DNA of 62,970 bases, counting the filler, from Octopus bimaculoides (taxonomy: Eukaryota): NCBI RefSeq assembly GCF_001194135.2. It is 5 parts of 5 records of this genome, joined end to end, with 100 filler letters (N's around TTAATTAATTAA, not from the genome) between each part and the next. Parts side by side here need not be neighbours in the genome. Positions count along the whole stretch, not along the records: positions 1 to 28,079 come from NC_068998.1; positions 28,180 to 45,614 come from NC_069001.1; 3 more parts are not named here. The stretch is one strand, 5' to 3'. Positions 14,165 to 28,246 of this stretch are shown in pieces. The translations under genes and the position numbers were made by a program. The notes beneath the pieces are model-generated. The model was not told where the DNA came from, searched no databases, and saw only the letters and a program-made list of their open reading frames with translations. Within the stretch, counting starts at the first letter, position 1. Each line of letters begins with the position of its first letter.

Positions 14165-14576
14165 TGTGTGTGGTGTAATCTGATATTCAATTCATTTCGA
14201 CAGTAAAATGTCGTCAAGTTATAAATATGTTGATTGTATCAGAGAGGGGAAATTGATTGGGAAATACGGCAGCAACAACAACAACAACAACCTGACAAAC
14301 ATTGATAACACGGGAAAAACCTACACACAAACATAACATATTGCAATAACAACGACGACGACGATGATGACGATGATGATGATGATGACGATGATGATGA
14401 CGATGATGTTGAGGTTGATAGAAGAAGGGTGTGAGGGGGTGGGTGGGTGGTTGATGAATAAAGTGAAAGAAAAAAGAAAAAGAATTTTGTTAGATGATGA
14501 AAGAGATTCATATATGCACGCATGTGTATGGGTATATATATATATATTCATACATGTATGTATACGTATATATACA

Positions 14577-14620
<44 letters not shown>

Positions 14621-14674
14621 GAATTTACAAAAAAAAAAAACAAAAGACGGAGACGTTTGTGTAAACAACAAACA

Positions 14675-14790
14675 GATGTATTAGTTTAACGCTCGGGAAG
14701 TGAGAAAGTCTTTTACGTTTCGAGCCTACGTTCTTCGACAGAAAGGAACACAGAAATAAACAGGGAGAGAAAATAGAAAAAAATGGATGT
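14675..14790 (-). ncRNA. Dispersed repeat with minimal hammerhead-like fold, copy 2 (core 14710-14745)
   Basis: Minus: CUUU-CUGUCGA-A-GAAC-guag-GCUC-GAA-ACGU-A-AAAG. Palindromic ACGU stem III and GUA triplet; one stem II mismatch; flanks homologous to copy 1. Confidence 0.5.
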
Positions 14791-14811
14791 ATATAGCTAG
14801 ATATATATCCA

Positions 14812-14888
<77 letters not shown>

Positions 14889-15328
14889 CTATACGTATAT
14901 GTGCATATACATACGCATATGTGCACAGATATATTTATATGTAAATACCCAGATACGGAAACACACGCACAAATGCATATAAATAAAAAAAATAGCTACA
15001 ATAGAAAATTCATAGTTAAAAAGAATGCTGTCCATTCACTTTACAGAGTTTAACAAAATATATTAAAAGTTTCCAAAACGCAAGTTTGTTTCAGTTATGA
15101 ATATACCTCTTCACAGAAATAAGGGGGGGGGGGCGTGTTATATATATATATATATATATATGAGATCCCTTTGCAAATACTGATAGGGCACAGAAAGTGT
15201 GTCAATAGCCAAGTGGCAGAGATGTCTTCCTGGGGGCTACAAGCTATAGTAGCATCAATCCTTAAGGGTCAACCACATTTAAGTGGCAAATATACTTCAC
15301 CATGTATATAGAGACAGACAGACAGACA

Positions 15329-15408
<80 letters not shown>

Positions 15409-16169
15409 ACAACAACAACAACATCGACGACGACGACGAAGACCAGAAATGAAACGAGAACCACGGGAACGAAATATCGGAAATGAAAAGCTTTTCACTT
15501 TAAATTTTGCTTGAAGATAAATGTGAAACAACAACAACAACAACAGTAACTACATGAATAACAACCACCAAAAAGTCGCATCAACAACCACAACAACAAC
15601 AATAACAAAATCTTAAAAAGAAAGAAACAAAGAGAAAAAAGAATGTGGGTGACAACGATAAACAACACCAGAAATAAACCTGCAACAACAATAAGAAGAA
15701 GAATACTGACGAATAAGAAGAGACATGATGATTGTAATGACTGAGACAAGAAGAAGAAGAAGAGCAACAACAAAAATGAGTTTGGCAAACAGTTCTTCTG
15801 CATTGGAAAGGTGAAACGCGAAATCTGGTTAAAAGGAATAAAAGAATAAATAATAAAATGGTGGAACAGAATGAAAATAGACGACGGGAGCGGTGGTGGG
15901 GGAGGCGGGATCGACGGCGGTGGCGGCGGTGGCGATGATGAAGAAAACGAGAACTAGAACAATGACAATGATTTGTGCAATGATAAGAGAATCAAATAAG
16001 AATGGTAACAACTGCAAGAACAACAACAACAGCGACGACGACGACGACGACGATGTTTTAAGATTAACACGAACAACAACAACAACAATTATAATAATGT
16101 CTTGTGAAATGTCAAACCACCACTGACAACAACAACAACAGCAACAACAATGGTAGAACATACGACAAC

Positions 16170-16510
16170 GCTGTCATCGTCGTTGATGATGATGATGATG
16201 ATGATACAGGTGGTGGTGGTGGTGGTGATGATGATGATGATGATGATGATGATGGTGGTGATGGTGATGACTTAAATATGACGGAAAAGAGAGATGAAGG
16301 AGAACGCGAAAGAGAAAAAAGAAGGTGAAGAAGAAGCAGAAAGAGCAGGAGGAAGAAGAAGGAGGAAGAGTAAGAGAGAGAAGAGGAGAAGGAGGATGAA
16401 GATGAGGAGGAGATGAAGTGGAGGAAGGCAGAGAAGGAAGAAGAGTGGGAGTAGGAGGAGAAGAGACGAAAAGGAAGAAGAAAAGGAAATTGAAGAAAAA
16501 CGCGAATAAA

Positions 16511-16541
<31 letters not shown>

Positions 16542-16551
16542 TAATAATAAC

Positions 16552-16601
<50 letters not shown>

Positions 16602-16625
16602 TAATAATAATAAGAAGAAGAAGAA
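16170..16625. repeat. Compound (GAT)n/(GGT)n/(GAA)n/(AAT)n low-complexity block
   Basis: Direct inspection. Confidence 0.9.
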
Positions 16626-16951
16626 GAAGAAAAGTGACTGGGAAAGAGAGAGAGGGGGGGGGGGCTTGTAACATAAAGAACAAGAAGAAGAAGAATTAAA
16701 GATTAAAAAAAACCCCAATGATCAGAATAACAAGAGGAAGAACAACTTAAACAGTGATTAAGAATAAAGCTATCAATAAATGATCGTTAAGGAAAAACGA
16801 TTTACGGTGAATGAATTTGATAGAACACCTGCTGGTAGCGACATTGATATTTAAAGAGGAGGGGGGTAGGGGTGGAAGAGGAGACAACTACAACAACGAC
16901 AACAATAGCAACAACAATCACATTATTACTGGGTTTGTTTCTCTTTGTTGC

Positions 16952-17017
<66 letters not shown>

Positions 17018-17023
17018 CATTCA

Positions 17024-17159
17024 GGCGGCGAGCTGGCAGAAACGTTAGCACGCCGGGTCAAATGCTTACCGAAATATCGACCGTCTTTACGTTCTGAGTC
17101 GATCTAATCGACTGGCCCTTTCCACCCGAATTTCAAGCTTTGTGCCTATAGTAGAAAGA

Positions 17160-17230
<71 letters not shown>

Positions 17231-17250
17231 CATTATTATTATTATTATTA
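17024..17250 (+). mobile_element. SINE family A within a (TAT)n tract
   Basis: Preceded by long (TAT)n and followed by a long (ATT)n tail. Confidence 0.88.
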
Positions 17251-17265
17251 TAACAACGTGAGAAA

Positions 17266-17440
17266 GCGGCGAGCTGGGCAGAATGGTTAACACGTCGGGC
17301 GAAATGCTTAGCGGTATTTCGTCTGTCTTCATGTTATGAGTTCAAATTCTGCCGAGGCCGACTTTGCCTCTCGTGCTTTAAGGGGTTCGAGGAAATAAGT
17401 ACCAGTTGAACATTGGAGTTGATGTAATCGACTTACCCCG
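17266..17440 (+). mobile_element. SINE family A, tandem second copy
   Basis: Head starts about 15 bp after the (ATT)n tail of the previous copy. Confidence 0.85.
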
Positions 17441-17879
17441 AAGAACATACATTTACCATCCACCCTACCATTCTCTCACAGTCCCACCCTAAATAACCCA
17501 CCATCACTAACAACAACAATAACAGTAATACCGATACCATCACCATCAATACCAACAGGAAAGAGTCAAATAACGAAAGAGTCAAAGAGTCGAAGAGAAA
17601 AAGCGTTTCGGGGTGTGAGAGTCAAACAGTTAAAGAATCAACAGAGAAATAGTGAAAGTGACATAGAGTGGAAGAGTCAAGCAGTGAATGAGTCGAACTG
17701 TGAAAGAATCAAACACACACACACACACAAAATCACAATAGCAACAACAACGAGAGACACCCAGAGAACGTCATCAACAACAGGAACAGACAAACGAACA
17801 GCAATGAAATCGAAAGTGAAAGTAAAAGGTTGGCATCCCCGGATGTTGTTAGCTTCGTGTTTTTTTTTTTTCGTTTTTT

Positions 17880-18234
17880 TTTCTATCTGTTATCAAAGCC
17901 ATTTTGTCAACCTGTGTAGATGACGTTGTTTCACTTTGAGCTTCAATGAAATCTTAATTGCTTTTGCCAAAAACTCTTTCGTTTAATCTTTAATCTTGTG
18001 TTTGTCTGTATGCATGCATGTGCGTGTATGCGTGAGTGTGTGTGTGTGTGTGNNNNNNNNNNTTCTATCTGTTATCAAAGCCATTTTGTCAACCTGTGTA
18101 GATGACGTTGTTTCACTTTGAGCTTCAATGAAATCTTAATTGCTTTTGCCAAAAACTCTTTCGTTTAATCTTTAATCTTGTGTTTGTCTGTATGCATGCA
18201 TGTGCGTGTATGCGTGAGTGTGTGTGTGTGTGTG
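17880..18234. other. ~170-bp identical duplication across a 10-N gap (probable assembly overlap)
   Basis: ttctatctgttatcaaagcc...gtgtgtg occurs identically on both sides of the gap at 18053-18062. Confidence 0.8.
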
Positions 18235-19159
18235 TATGAATGCGTGCGAATGCCTGTGCATTTTTTTTGTGTTAGTGTGTGTTGCTTTTCTTTATATTCT
18301 TCTTGTATCGTTTCCTTTATTTTTACAACCTCTTCATTTTGTTTCTAACAATACATTCGGGAGATTACATTACAATTCTCATAAGATAGTCTTCTTCATC
18401 TTCCACTTGCCCTTCCTCTTCCTTATTCTCCTCCACTTACCCTCTTCTTCATTCTCCCCATTCTTGTTCATCTTGCTGCTGTAGCTCTTCTTCCTACACC
18501 TCCTTCTTCCCTCATACCCTATCTCCTTCACCTTCTCCTTATTAACCTTGCTTCCCTTGCTTCTTCTTCTTCTTCTTCCTCTTCCTCTTCTTCTTCTTCT
18601 TCTTCTTCTTCTTCTTCTTCTTCTTCTTCTTCTTCTTCTTCTTCTTCTTCTTCTTCTTCTTCTNNNNNNNNNNNNNNNNNNNNNNNNNNNNNNNNNNNNN
18701 NNNNNNNNNNNNNNNNNNNNNNNNNNNNNNNNNNNNNNNNNNNNNNNNNNNNNNNNNNNNNNNNNNNNNNNNNNNNNNNNNNNNNNNNNNNNNNNNNNNN
18801 NNNNNNNNNNNNNNNNNNNNNNNNNNNNNNNNNNNNNNNNNNNNNNNNNNNNNNNNNNNNNNNNNNNNNNNNNNNNNNNNNNNNNNNNNNNNNNNNNNNN
18901 NNNNNNNNNNNNNNNNNNNNNNNNNNNNNNNNNNNNNNNNNNNNNNNTATATATACCTATACAGTATACAGATATAAACGCCACATTTCCTGTAAATTTC
19001 ACAGCTGTACTAACCACTACATCTACACCAAAGAGACATCACAACGTTTGACCATCCAAATTAGAAGCTTTAACTATGTAGCTAAGATTGCACACCTCAG
19101 GGCTTCTCAACAGGGAGTTTTAGTCCATGAAAAATGAAGGTATGTCTTCCTAATTATCT

Positions 19160-19335
19160 TCTTTACTAGGCACAAGGTGTTGAGAGTCGATTATATCAAT
19201 CCCAGTGCTCGATTGGTGTTTGTTTTATCGATCCCGATAAGACGAAAGGCAATGTTGACCTTGGTGGACTTTGAAATCGGAAAGTAAAGACGGCCGAAAT
19301 GCAGCCTGGCATTCTGCCCGGCGTGTTATGCATCA
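19160..19335 (-). mobile_element. SINE family A, diverged
   Basis: Reverse complement of the body (ttttatcgatccc...gaaaggcaa...ttgacc). Confidence 0.7.
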
Positions 19336-19359
19336 CACGTACGGTCAATGTAAGTGTAG

Positions 19360-19885
19360 ACAACGAGGGTGATGATGATGATGATGATGATGATGACAAG
19401 TTGATGATTTTCATTAGGACGACGACGATGGTCATAACGACGATGATGATGCTGATTACAATGATAAGGATGATGATAACGATAATGACGATGATGATGA
19501 TAATGATGTTGATGATGGGGGTGATGATGATGAAGATGATGATGATGGTGATGATGGTGATATTGATGATGATGATGCCAATGATGATGAAAGATGTTGA
19601 TGATGATGATGATGATAATGATGATGATGATGGTGATGATGAAGACGACAACGACGATGATGATAATAATGATGGTGATGATGATGGTGATGATGATATT
19701 GGTGGTGATAAAAGATGATAATATGTCGACGACGACGACGATGATGAACTCAACGACGACAACAAAGGTCATTGGTGCTGGGGCTGATAATAACGATGAT
19801 GATGATGATGGTGATGACAGTGACAATGACGATAACGATGACTACGACAATAATGATGATGATGATGATGATGATAACGATGAGA
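19360..19885. repeat. Degenerate (GAT/GAC)n tract
   Basis: Explains the poly-M, poly-D, poly-H and poly-S ORFs. Confidence 0.9.
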
Positions 19886-20439
19886 AGTTTTTCAGCTTCT
19901 CTCCCACTGCCCCCTACTCCCACCCCCTATCCCCGCCTGCCTGTTTTCGTTTTAATTTTCTGATTAATTATCACTCTGCCGCCATTTTCTTGTTATTCAT
20001 TTCGCTTATTCAATTTATCCTTTACCTTATCATCACAAGCGTCTTCTTAATTACTGTACAAACATATTTCTCTTTCCTCTCCAGGTTTTTTTTCTCAAGG
20101 TGTTTCGCGCGCGTGTTTATGTGTGTGTATGTGTGTTTGTGCGTATGTGAAAGTACGCGTGTGCTTGTGTGTGTTTGTGCATATGTGTGCGTGCGTGTGC
20201 ATGTGTAGATGTGTGCGCGTGTGTGTATGTGTGTGCGTGCGTGTGCGTGCGTGCATGTGTGCCTGTGTGTATACATGTGTGTGTGTGTATGTGCGCGTGT
20301 GTGTCTGTGTGCGTTTGTGCGTATGTGTACGTGCGTGTATGTGTGCGTTTTGAGCGGATGTGGGGGATAGGTTTGTTGATTGGGTTAGGTAGAGGGAAGG
20401 GTGGGGTGCTGCAAAAGTTTTGGAAAGAAGAAAGAAAGA

Positions 20440-20586
20440 AGGAAGGAAACGACGGAAGAGAAAGAGAAAGAGTGAAGCGAAGAAGAAGAAGAACGGTGAA
20501 GAGGGAGAGAAGGAAAAAATGGTAAGAAGGAAGGAAGGAAGGACGAAAAAGATGAAAGGTTAAATGTAGAAAGAAGTTTGAGAAAA

Positions 20587-20635
<49 letters not shown>

Positions 20636-21046
20636 GGGAGAGAGAGGAATTTAGAGAGGGTGAGAAGAAGGAAATAATGATAAAAGTCAAAGAGAAGGAA
20701 GAGTACAAGGAAGAGGTGATGAGTGAGCGAGAAAGAGAAAGAAGAAGAGGGAGTGAGAGAAGGGGAGAAAAGGAGGGAGAAAGGAAAGTGAGAGGGAAAG
20801 TGAGAGAGAGAGAGAGAGAGAGTACGATGAAGTGGTTATGAAGAGAAAGAAAGAAAGAGAAAGAGAGAGAGGGAGGAAGATGTATGAGAAGAAAGAGTAG
20901 AAGAACGAGGCGATAAATTGAACGAGAGATTAAGAGAACGGTGGAGACTGAGGAAGAGACTAAAAAGAAGCGGAGATAGAAACGAGAGAGGGGAGGGAGA
21001 GAGAGAGAGACAAAGAGAGAGAGAGAGACAGAGAGAGAGAGGGAGA

Positions 21047-21088
<42 letters not shown>

Positions 21089-21125
21089 GAGAGAGATAGA
21101 GATAGAGAGAGAGGGAGAGAGAGAG
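20440..21125. repeat. Polypurine (GA)n/(GAA)n tract
   Basis: Almost pure A/G strand over about 700 bp. Confidence 0.9.
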
Positions 21126-21943
21126 GCTGAGTGTGAAAACAATACTAGATGCCACTTAAAAAAGAAACCTTATCATATTTGGAAGATCTTCGCCACTTTC
21201 AGTTCCTTGTTTTCTCTGTTTATTAAATATACAACCTGATTCATTTATTCATTGCTATTGTTGTTGTTGTTGTTGTCGTCATTATTATCATCATTTTATT
21301 ATTATTATTATTATTAACGATTGTTTGATCGAATGGACGTTTGTGTCGGAGTTCCACGAAATGGAAACTTTTAACCGGATTACCTTACCGAAATAAAGTA
21401 TATATATATATTTTTTCCCCTTGATATATTTGTCTTGCAAATAACTTGTCTTGAGAGAATGCATGGATAAACTAGAGACATTTTGATTAAAAAACATTGA
21501 CGGAAACTTTAAAATTAATTTCATATTTATTTATTGAGTTTCTCAAAACCTTTCGTTGTACATTCACGATCTTCTCATTGATGCAGGCCCGCTCTGACCT
21601 TTTAGTTTTAAGTTTTTGCACCCNNNNNNNNNNNNNNNNNNNNNNNNNNNNNNNNNNNNNNNNNNNNNNNNNNNNNNNNNNNNNNNNNNNNNNNNNNNNN
21701 NNNNNNNNNNNNNNNNNNNNNNNNNNNNNNNNNNNNNNNNNNNNNNNNNNNNNNNNNNNNNNNNNNNNNNNNNNNNNNNNNNNNNNNNNNNNNNNNNNNN
21801 NNNNNNNNNNNNNNNNNNNNNNNNNNNATTAGCAAACCTACTTGCCTTTTCTGTTAGATTTAAGAACCATAATTAGTTCGTAGTTGTTTTTGTAAACAAA
21901 CTATCGTATGCCTTTTTAGTGCGAATGGTTCTGTTCAGCAATG

Positions 21944-21981
<38 letters not shown>

Positions 21982-22855
21982 ATAGGCAGCAGTCACCATA
22001 TTCATTCCACAGCGGTTCCTCTGATGAGTGCAGGGTTACATAATCGGACTGTTACCTAACACTCTGTTGAACCCCCAGTGAGAAACCGATTGGTAAGACT
22101 GGCCGTAATGGATATATAATACTGTACACTTCGATTAATACATACGCGTGTGTGAATCGATATCTATTTGAATAAAGACATCAATATCCTCAACAACCAT
22201 TGTACAAACACCAACGAAAGCTCTCTCTTTCCAAGTCAAGATAGGAACCGTTTTCTCAGTGCAACTTCGCTGTTGAAATCGAACTGAAAACCGCGTACTT
22301 GCGATGCTTGTAAAAGCAAACGTCCAAATCACACACACTCACACTCACTCACGCACACTCACACTCACTCACACACACTCACACTCACGCACACTCACAC
22401 AGACTGTTAGCCATTCCAACACTGGTAGGGGTTACGTCGTTAGCATAACATTGCTCCGTATTTAATTATAAGAGAAACGACGAACTAGTCAATCATTTAT
22501 GGCGAGCTTTTCCGGCTCCTTCCATTTCCAACTCCTTCCTTTTCCAACTCCTTCCTTTTCCAACTCGCTACATTCCACACAAGTCGCCAGGGAAAATCCC
22601 TGCAATATTATCACGACACTTTCTTCGATTCCCCTTCTGGGGGGTCAGTTTACTGAATATATTTATCAGATCGAGGCCACACTGCTTTGCTTATTCCTCG
22701 ACAGCTTACTTCGTCTGTAATTCTCGCCACTCAATTGCTGCGGTCTTATCTTAGGGAGAGGGGGAGAAAGAGGGAGAGGAAGAGAAAGAAAGGGATGATA
22801 TATATAGAGAGAGAGACAGATCTATCTATCTATCTATCTATCTATCTAAACATAA

Positions 22856-22902
<47 letters not shown>

Positions 22903-23419
22903 GAAAGAGAGAGAGAGAAAGAGAGAGAGTGTAAAAGAGAGAGAGTGTAAAAGAGAGAAATACGTAGAAGATAGAGATAAAGACAGAAAGAGATTAATGA
23001 TAAACAAAAAGAGCGAGAGAGAAAGAGAGCGATAAGAGAGGGGAATGTGAAATTACCTGCGTTTCTTCCCTCCATGTACCAAAAACGTTCGTTAAGACCG
23101 AAGAGGCTTCCGGTCAGATTTTCTTCAATCCTGACCATGATTTATCTTTATCTTCCATTTTCATCTTTTCCCTTTCCTCCATTAATAAACGGAACTGACC
23201 AAATATTTATATATATTTTTTTCTTTCTTTCTTTCCTAAGCTGGCTTAATACTCTCACTTTGTCTCTTCTCCACAAAACCACTTCCTGCAGGCGCCATAT
23301 TTTCATATTCATAATCCTCACAGATCTTTCGATCTGCACTAATAGGTTTCCTTACAATCTCTCACACGCCACGCTGCGCCTCCCTACAGTGTGACACACA
23401 CACACACACACACACAAAC

Positions 23420-23770
23420 AAACAATGCTGCAACTTACCCTAACATACCACACTGTATTACGCATAACTCCACTAAAATGTGTCACATTTCACTTTGCCG
23501 GACGATACTGCACTAGACAACTGTGCACCATACTGCAGTGCAAAATACATACAACACCGTGCTGCACCACAGTGTTCTGTACTCTTACACCACACTCTGA
23601 TGCACTTCATCCCACCACACAGCACCATGATACAGTCCAACGCACCATATTACACGACTCCGACCCATACCGCGGTATATGACGCCATCTTACACTTCTC
23701 TGCATCGCACTCCGCCACACTGCGGCACACCACACCTCAACACATCCACCTCACAACACCACACAGCAAT
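23420..23770. repeat. Old degenerate pentanucleotide satellite (CACCA/CACTG-like)
   Basis: 5-bp periodicity of cac/cat motifs. Confidence 0.55.
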
Positions 23771-23853
23771 TTTGTGTATGTGTTTCTATACAAGCTAGTG
23801 TGTATATCTATTTGAATATGTGTGGATATACTGGTGCGTGTGTATTGTTAGAC

Positions 23854-23895
<42 letters not shown>

Positions 23896-25153
23896 ATATA
23901 TATATNNNNNNNNNNNNNNNNNNNNNNNNNNNNNNNNNNNNNNNNNNNNNNNNNNNNNNNNNNNNNNNNNNNNNNNNNNNNNNNNNNNNNNNNNNNNNNN
24001 NNNNNNNNNNNNNNNNNNNNNNNNNNNNNNNNNNNNNNNNNNNNNNNNNNNNNNNNNNNNNNNNNNNNNNNNNNNNNNNNNNNNNNNNNNNNNNNNNNNN
24101 NNNNNNNNNNNNNNNNNNNNNNNNNNNNNNNNNNNNNNNNNNNNNNNNNNNNNNNNNNNNNNNNNNNNNNNNNNNNNNNNNNNNNNNNNNNNNNNNNNNN
24201 NNNNNNNNNNNNNNNNNNNNNNNNNNNNNNNNNNNNNNNNNNNNNNNNNNNNNNNNNNNNNNNNNNNNNNNNNNNNNNNNNNNNNNNNNNNNNNNNNNNN
24301 NNNNNNNNNNNNNNNNNNNNNNNNNNNNNNNNNNNNNNNNNNNNNNNNNNNNNNNNNNNNNNNNNNNNNNNNNNNNNNNNNNNNNNNNNNNNNNNNNNNN
24401 NNNNNNNNNNNNNNNNNNNNNNNNNNNNNNNNNNNNNNNNNNNNNNNNNNNNNNNNNNNNNNNNNNNNNNNNNNNNNNCAAAAAAAAACCCGGTTCTCAT
24501 CTGCTCTCCGTGTCGTAGCCTGTATAAGCGAATATTTGTTCTGTTGGCGAGAGTGCGAGTGTAGAAAAAGTGAGCAAGCTGTGACTGTGATCAGATGTAA
24601 ATGCTATGTAAATGTAACAAACTAATCGTTGATTCAGTGATGGAAATTTATTTATTTCATGGAGATTTTACTGCTATTTCTAGTGGTGGTGCTGGTGGGA
24701 ATTTTTACGACAATAGTAACGATGATAGTAACAGTAGCGATGGTGTTAGTGGTGAAGCCTTTTGCGGCAATAAAAAATGAAAACTGCGCGGAGAAGGCGG
24801 TGGTGATGGTGGTGATGGTGTGAGTGATGATAATGGTGACGATGACGTTGGTAGTAGCAATAGCAGTATTGTTTGGACGCTGGTTGTCGAGTCGGAGGTG
24901 GCAACAATGAGACGGTTGCATAGGTATATAGCTAAACATACGGATGGAGATGTAGGTACACACAAACACACACGCATCGATATGGACGGTAGGATAGTGC
25001 TTGTGTATGCCTGGGTGTATGTATGTACACATATATATATGTTTGTTGTATGTATATATATATGTATGTGCGTGTGTGTGTGTATAATATTAAATTTTAC
25101 ACTGAAAAGATTGTCAGTGACTTCGAATTTTCAGCTTCTTCGTCTTCATCAAA

Positions 25154-25196
<43 letters not shown>

Positions 25197-26494
25197 ATAA
25201 TATTAGGGACAAAATCCAAAATTACAGGCAAAAAACTCAATTAAAATCAATTTATAAAAAATTAAAATTAAATTGAGCCTTATAGATAAAGTATATATAA
25301 AATATATAGTTTTANNNNNNNNNNNNNNNNNNNNNNNNNNNNNNNNNNNNNNNNNNNNNNNNNNNNNNNNNNNNNNNNNNNNNNNNNNNNNNNNNNNNNN
25401 NNNNNNNNNNNNNNNNNNNNNNNNNNNNNNNNNNNNNNNNNNNNNNNNNNNNNNNNNNNNNNNNNNNNNNNNNNNNNNNNNNNNNNNNNNNNNNNNNNNN
25501 NNNNNNNNNNNNNNNNNNNNNNNNNNNNNNNNNNNNNNNNNNNNNNNNNNNNNNNNNNNNNNNNNNNNNNNNNNNNNNNNNNNNNNNNNNNNNNNNNNNN
25601 NNNNNNNNNNNNNNNNNNNNNNNNNNNNNNNNNNNNNNNNNNNNNNNNNNNNNNNNNNNNNNNNNNNNNNNNNNNNNNNNNNNNNNNNNNNNNNNNNNNN
25701 NNNNNNNNNNNNNNNNNNNNNNNNNNNNNNNNNNNNNNNNNNNNNNNNNNNNNNNNNNNNNNNNNNNNNNNNNNNNNNNNNNNNNNNNNNNNNNNNNNNN
25801 NNNNNNNNNNNNNNNNNNNNNNNNNNNNNNNNNNNNNNNNNNNNNNNNNNNNNNNNNNNNNNNNNNNNNNNNNNNNNNNNNNNNNNNNNNNNNNNNNNNN
25901 NNNNNNNNNNNNNNNNNNNNNNNNNNNNNNNNNNNNNNNNNNNNNNNNNNNNNNNNGTGTTGGCCCACGTTCACACTTGGTTGTCTTTACCTTCTGGCAG
26001 AATATTCTGGAATACACAAACAAATAAACAAATAAATATAATAACTTCCCAACCGTCATCCCAAGCCCTGACCCTAACCCCTGCAACACTCCCACAACTT
26101 TTTAGAAAAATGCTACCCACCACCACCGCCACCACCACCAACAAAAAGAAAGAAATTGCGAAACAAACCGGTAAAAATGAATGCAAGAATGAATGGATGA
26201 TGATGACGTGGAGGAGGAGTAGGAGGAGGAGAAAGATGACAACACCAACAACAACGACAACAACAATAATGATAATAATAATAATGATAATGAATTCATT
26301 TATTTGCCACATGGGTGAAAAAATAATAATAAAAATAACTAGTGAGACCCGTGGAAATTCCACGATGTAACTCAGCATGTTTGGAAGCAGAGTTAAGAAT
26401 TTCCAGAAAGAATTCTTTTGAAATGCTTCCATTGAACCAAAATTGTATTTTCAAATAGAATCGAAAACAACTTAGGAAGTATTACTTATTTACC

Positions 26495-26592
26495 ATCGAT
26501 AAAATAAGTACCAGTTGTGTACTGGGCTCAATGCAACCGACTTATCCCCTCCCCTTAAGTTCCTGGACTTGTGCCAAAATTTGAAATTAATA
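26495..26592 (+). mobile_element. SINE family A, 3' half with alternative tail
   Basis: tcgataaaataagtaccagtt...ttgtgccaaaatttgaaa. Confidence 0.75.
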
Positions 26593-26659
26593 TGTTCGGC
26601 AAATCTATCTATCTATCTATCGATTCTGCCAGCTCGCTGCCTTACGGTAAATAAATATT

Positions 26660-26847
26660 CTTTTCTAGGGGAGGGTACCAGTCGATTAGATCGACTCCAA
26701 TACACAAACTGGTACTTAATTTATCTACCCCGAAAACATGAAAGGCAAAGTCGACCTTGGCGGAGTTTGAACTCAGAACATAGTAGCAGATGAAATACCG
26801 CTAAGCACTTCACCCAGCGTGCTAACGACTCTGTCAGCTCGCCGCCC
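26660..26847 (-). mobile_element. SINE family A
   Basis: Reverse complement head gggcggcgagctgacagagtcgttagcacgctggg and full body; an extra head fragment lies at 26620-26645. Confidence 0.85.
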
Positions 26848-27263
26848 TACACACATACTACTATTGTATCTTACATTCTATCCAAAATAACAAAGCTTCT
26901 TCCATTGTTTCCAACCTTTTAAAAGTTAATAGCAGTTCGAGCGATCATTCAAGCTCACAAGTTTTTTGTCATCGTCTTTTAAAATCGTTCTAACAATTAC
27001 TCGTTTATAATAAACTGTTTCCTATTTTTTGTCAAACACTTTCCAGTTTGAAGCTCATTCAATATATTAATTGTCATATAACTCTTTTGACAACAATACG
27101 TCTGAGACTACTCTCGGTTTTGTGATATCACCTTCATATTTTTAAGCGATCTTAATTAAACTCCTCCATCGAAATTCCGTATTAATTTATGTTCCAAACA
27201 CCTGCTTAATAATGAGAAAGTCGTTTTACTTCATTATTTTGCTTCAATATTTAAAAATCGAAG

Positions 27264-27480
27264 GGCGGCGAGCTGGCAGAAACGTTAGCATTCCGGGCGA
27301 AATGTTTTGCGGTATTTCGTCTGTCGCTACGCTCTGAGTTCAAATTCCGCGGAGGTCGGTTTTGCCTGTCATCCTTTCGGGGTCGATAAATTAAGTACCA
27401 GTTGCGTACTGGGTCGATCTAATCGACAAGCCCCTCATCCCCAGGACTTTCGGACCTTGTGCCTAGAGTAGAAAAGAATA
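27264..27480 (+). mobile_element. SINE family A
   Basis: Full head, body and tail. Confidence 0.9.
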
Positions 27481-27544
27481 TTTCGAAACATTCATACATC
27501 CACGCATGTCTCTGCATTTATGATTGCATAATGTGATGCATGTA

Positions 27545-27725
27545 TTTGTTTACTTGTTTCAGTCATTAGACTGCGGCTGTGCTGGAGCAACTCCTTGAAG
27601 AATTTTTAGTCGAATGAATCGTCCCCCAGTTGTTTTTAAGCCGGGTACTTAGTCTATCACGATCTTTTACCGAACCGCTAAGTTACGCGAACGTAAAGTC
27701 GCCAACACCGGTTGTCAAGCGGTGG

Positions 27726-27770
<45 letters not shown>
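27545..27770 (-). mobile_element. SINE family C, 3' part
   Basis: tttcagtcattagactgcggc...ccgaaccgctaagttac...ggttgtcaagcgg; homologous to 44865-45060. Confidence 0.65.
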
Positions 27771-28123
27771 TCTGTGCTTGTATGTGGGTACGCGCACATA
27801 AATATGTGTATGTGTGCATCCGTGTCTGTGTGTATGCATGGGTGTGTCTGCGCATGTGCATGTGAGGTGTGTCTCTATCTAGTGCTTGTGTCACAGCGCT
27901 GTCGAAAGAGACTCAGGTCGTCTGTCATGTCACCAAATGGCGGATGTTTTACAAGCTCTTTGTTCAAGAAGGTTGTAAATGTCTCCTGTGAGGTGTCTGA
28001 AGTCATTGCGTATATCATTTCAAATCTCTCACAACGCTTTCCAGCGCCTGCCTCTATACGCTCACCACACATATATATANNNNNNNNNNNNNNNNNNNNN
28101 NNNNNNNNNNNNNNNNNNNNNNN

Positions 28124-28135
28124 TTAATTAATTAA
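28124..28135. other. Artificial six-frame stop linker inside a 100-bp gap
   Basis: 44 N + TTAATTAATTAA + 44 N; identical constructs at 45659-45670, 48867-48878 and 54869-54880. Confidence 0.95.
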
Positions 28136-28218
28136 NNNNNNNNNNNNNNNNNNNNNNNNNNNNNNNNNNNNNNNNNNNNTTCTATTGTCTGTATATGAAT
28201 GCTGTTGTAGTAACGCCG

Positions 28219-28246
28219 TGCGCATGCGTAGTCTCACGCATGCGTA
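28219..28246. promoter_or_regulatory. Two NRF1-like GCATGCG motifs (putative promoter)
   Basis: TGCGCATGCGTA and CACGCATGCGTA, 16 bp apart, in a CpG-containing unique patch. Confidence 0.35.

Noticed and set aside
15095-15125. Third hammerhead-like string (minus CTGTGAAGAG...GAAAC)
   Set aside because: The core is one base short and stems II and III do not form.
19196-19963. Poly-Asp, poly-Met and poly-His ORFs (also 48302-48692)
   Set aside because: (GAT)n-derived.
22013-22095. CTGATGA...GAAA hammerhead-like words and a spliceable 79-nt segment
   Set aside because: The pairing order does not fit a hammerhead, and all three frames contain stops.
27875-28072. 65-aa minus-strand ORF in unique sequence
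   Set aside because: No convincing splice sites or recognisable domain; runs into a gap.
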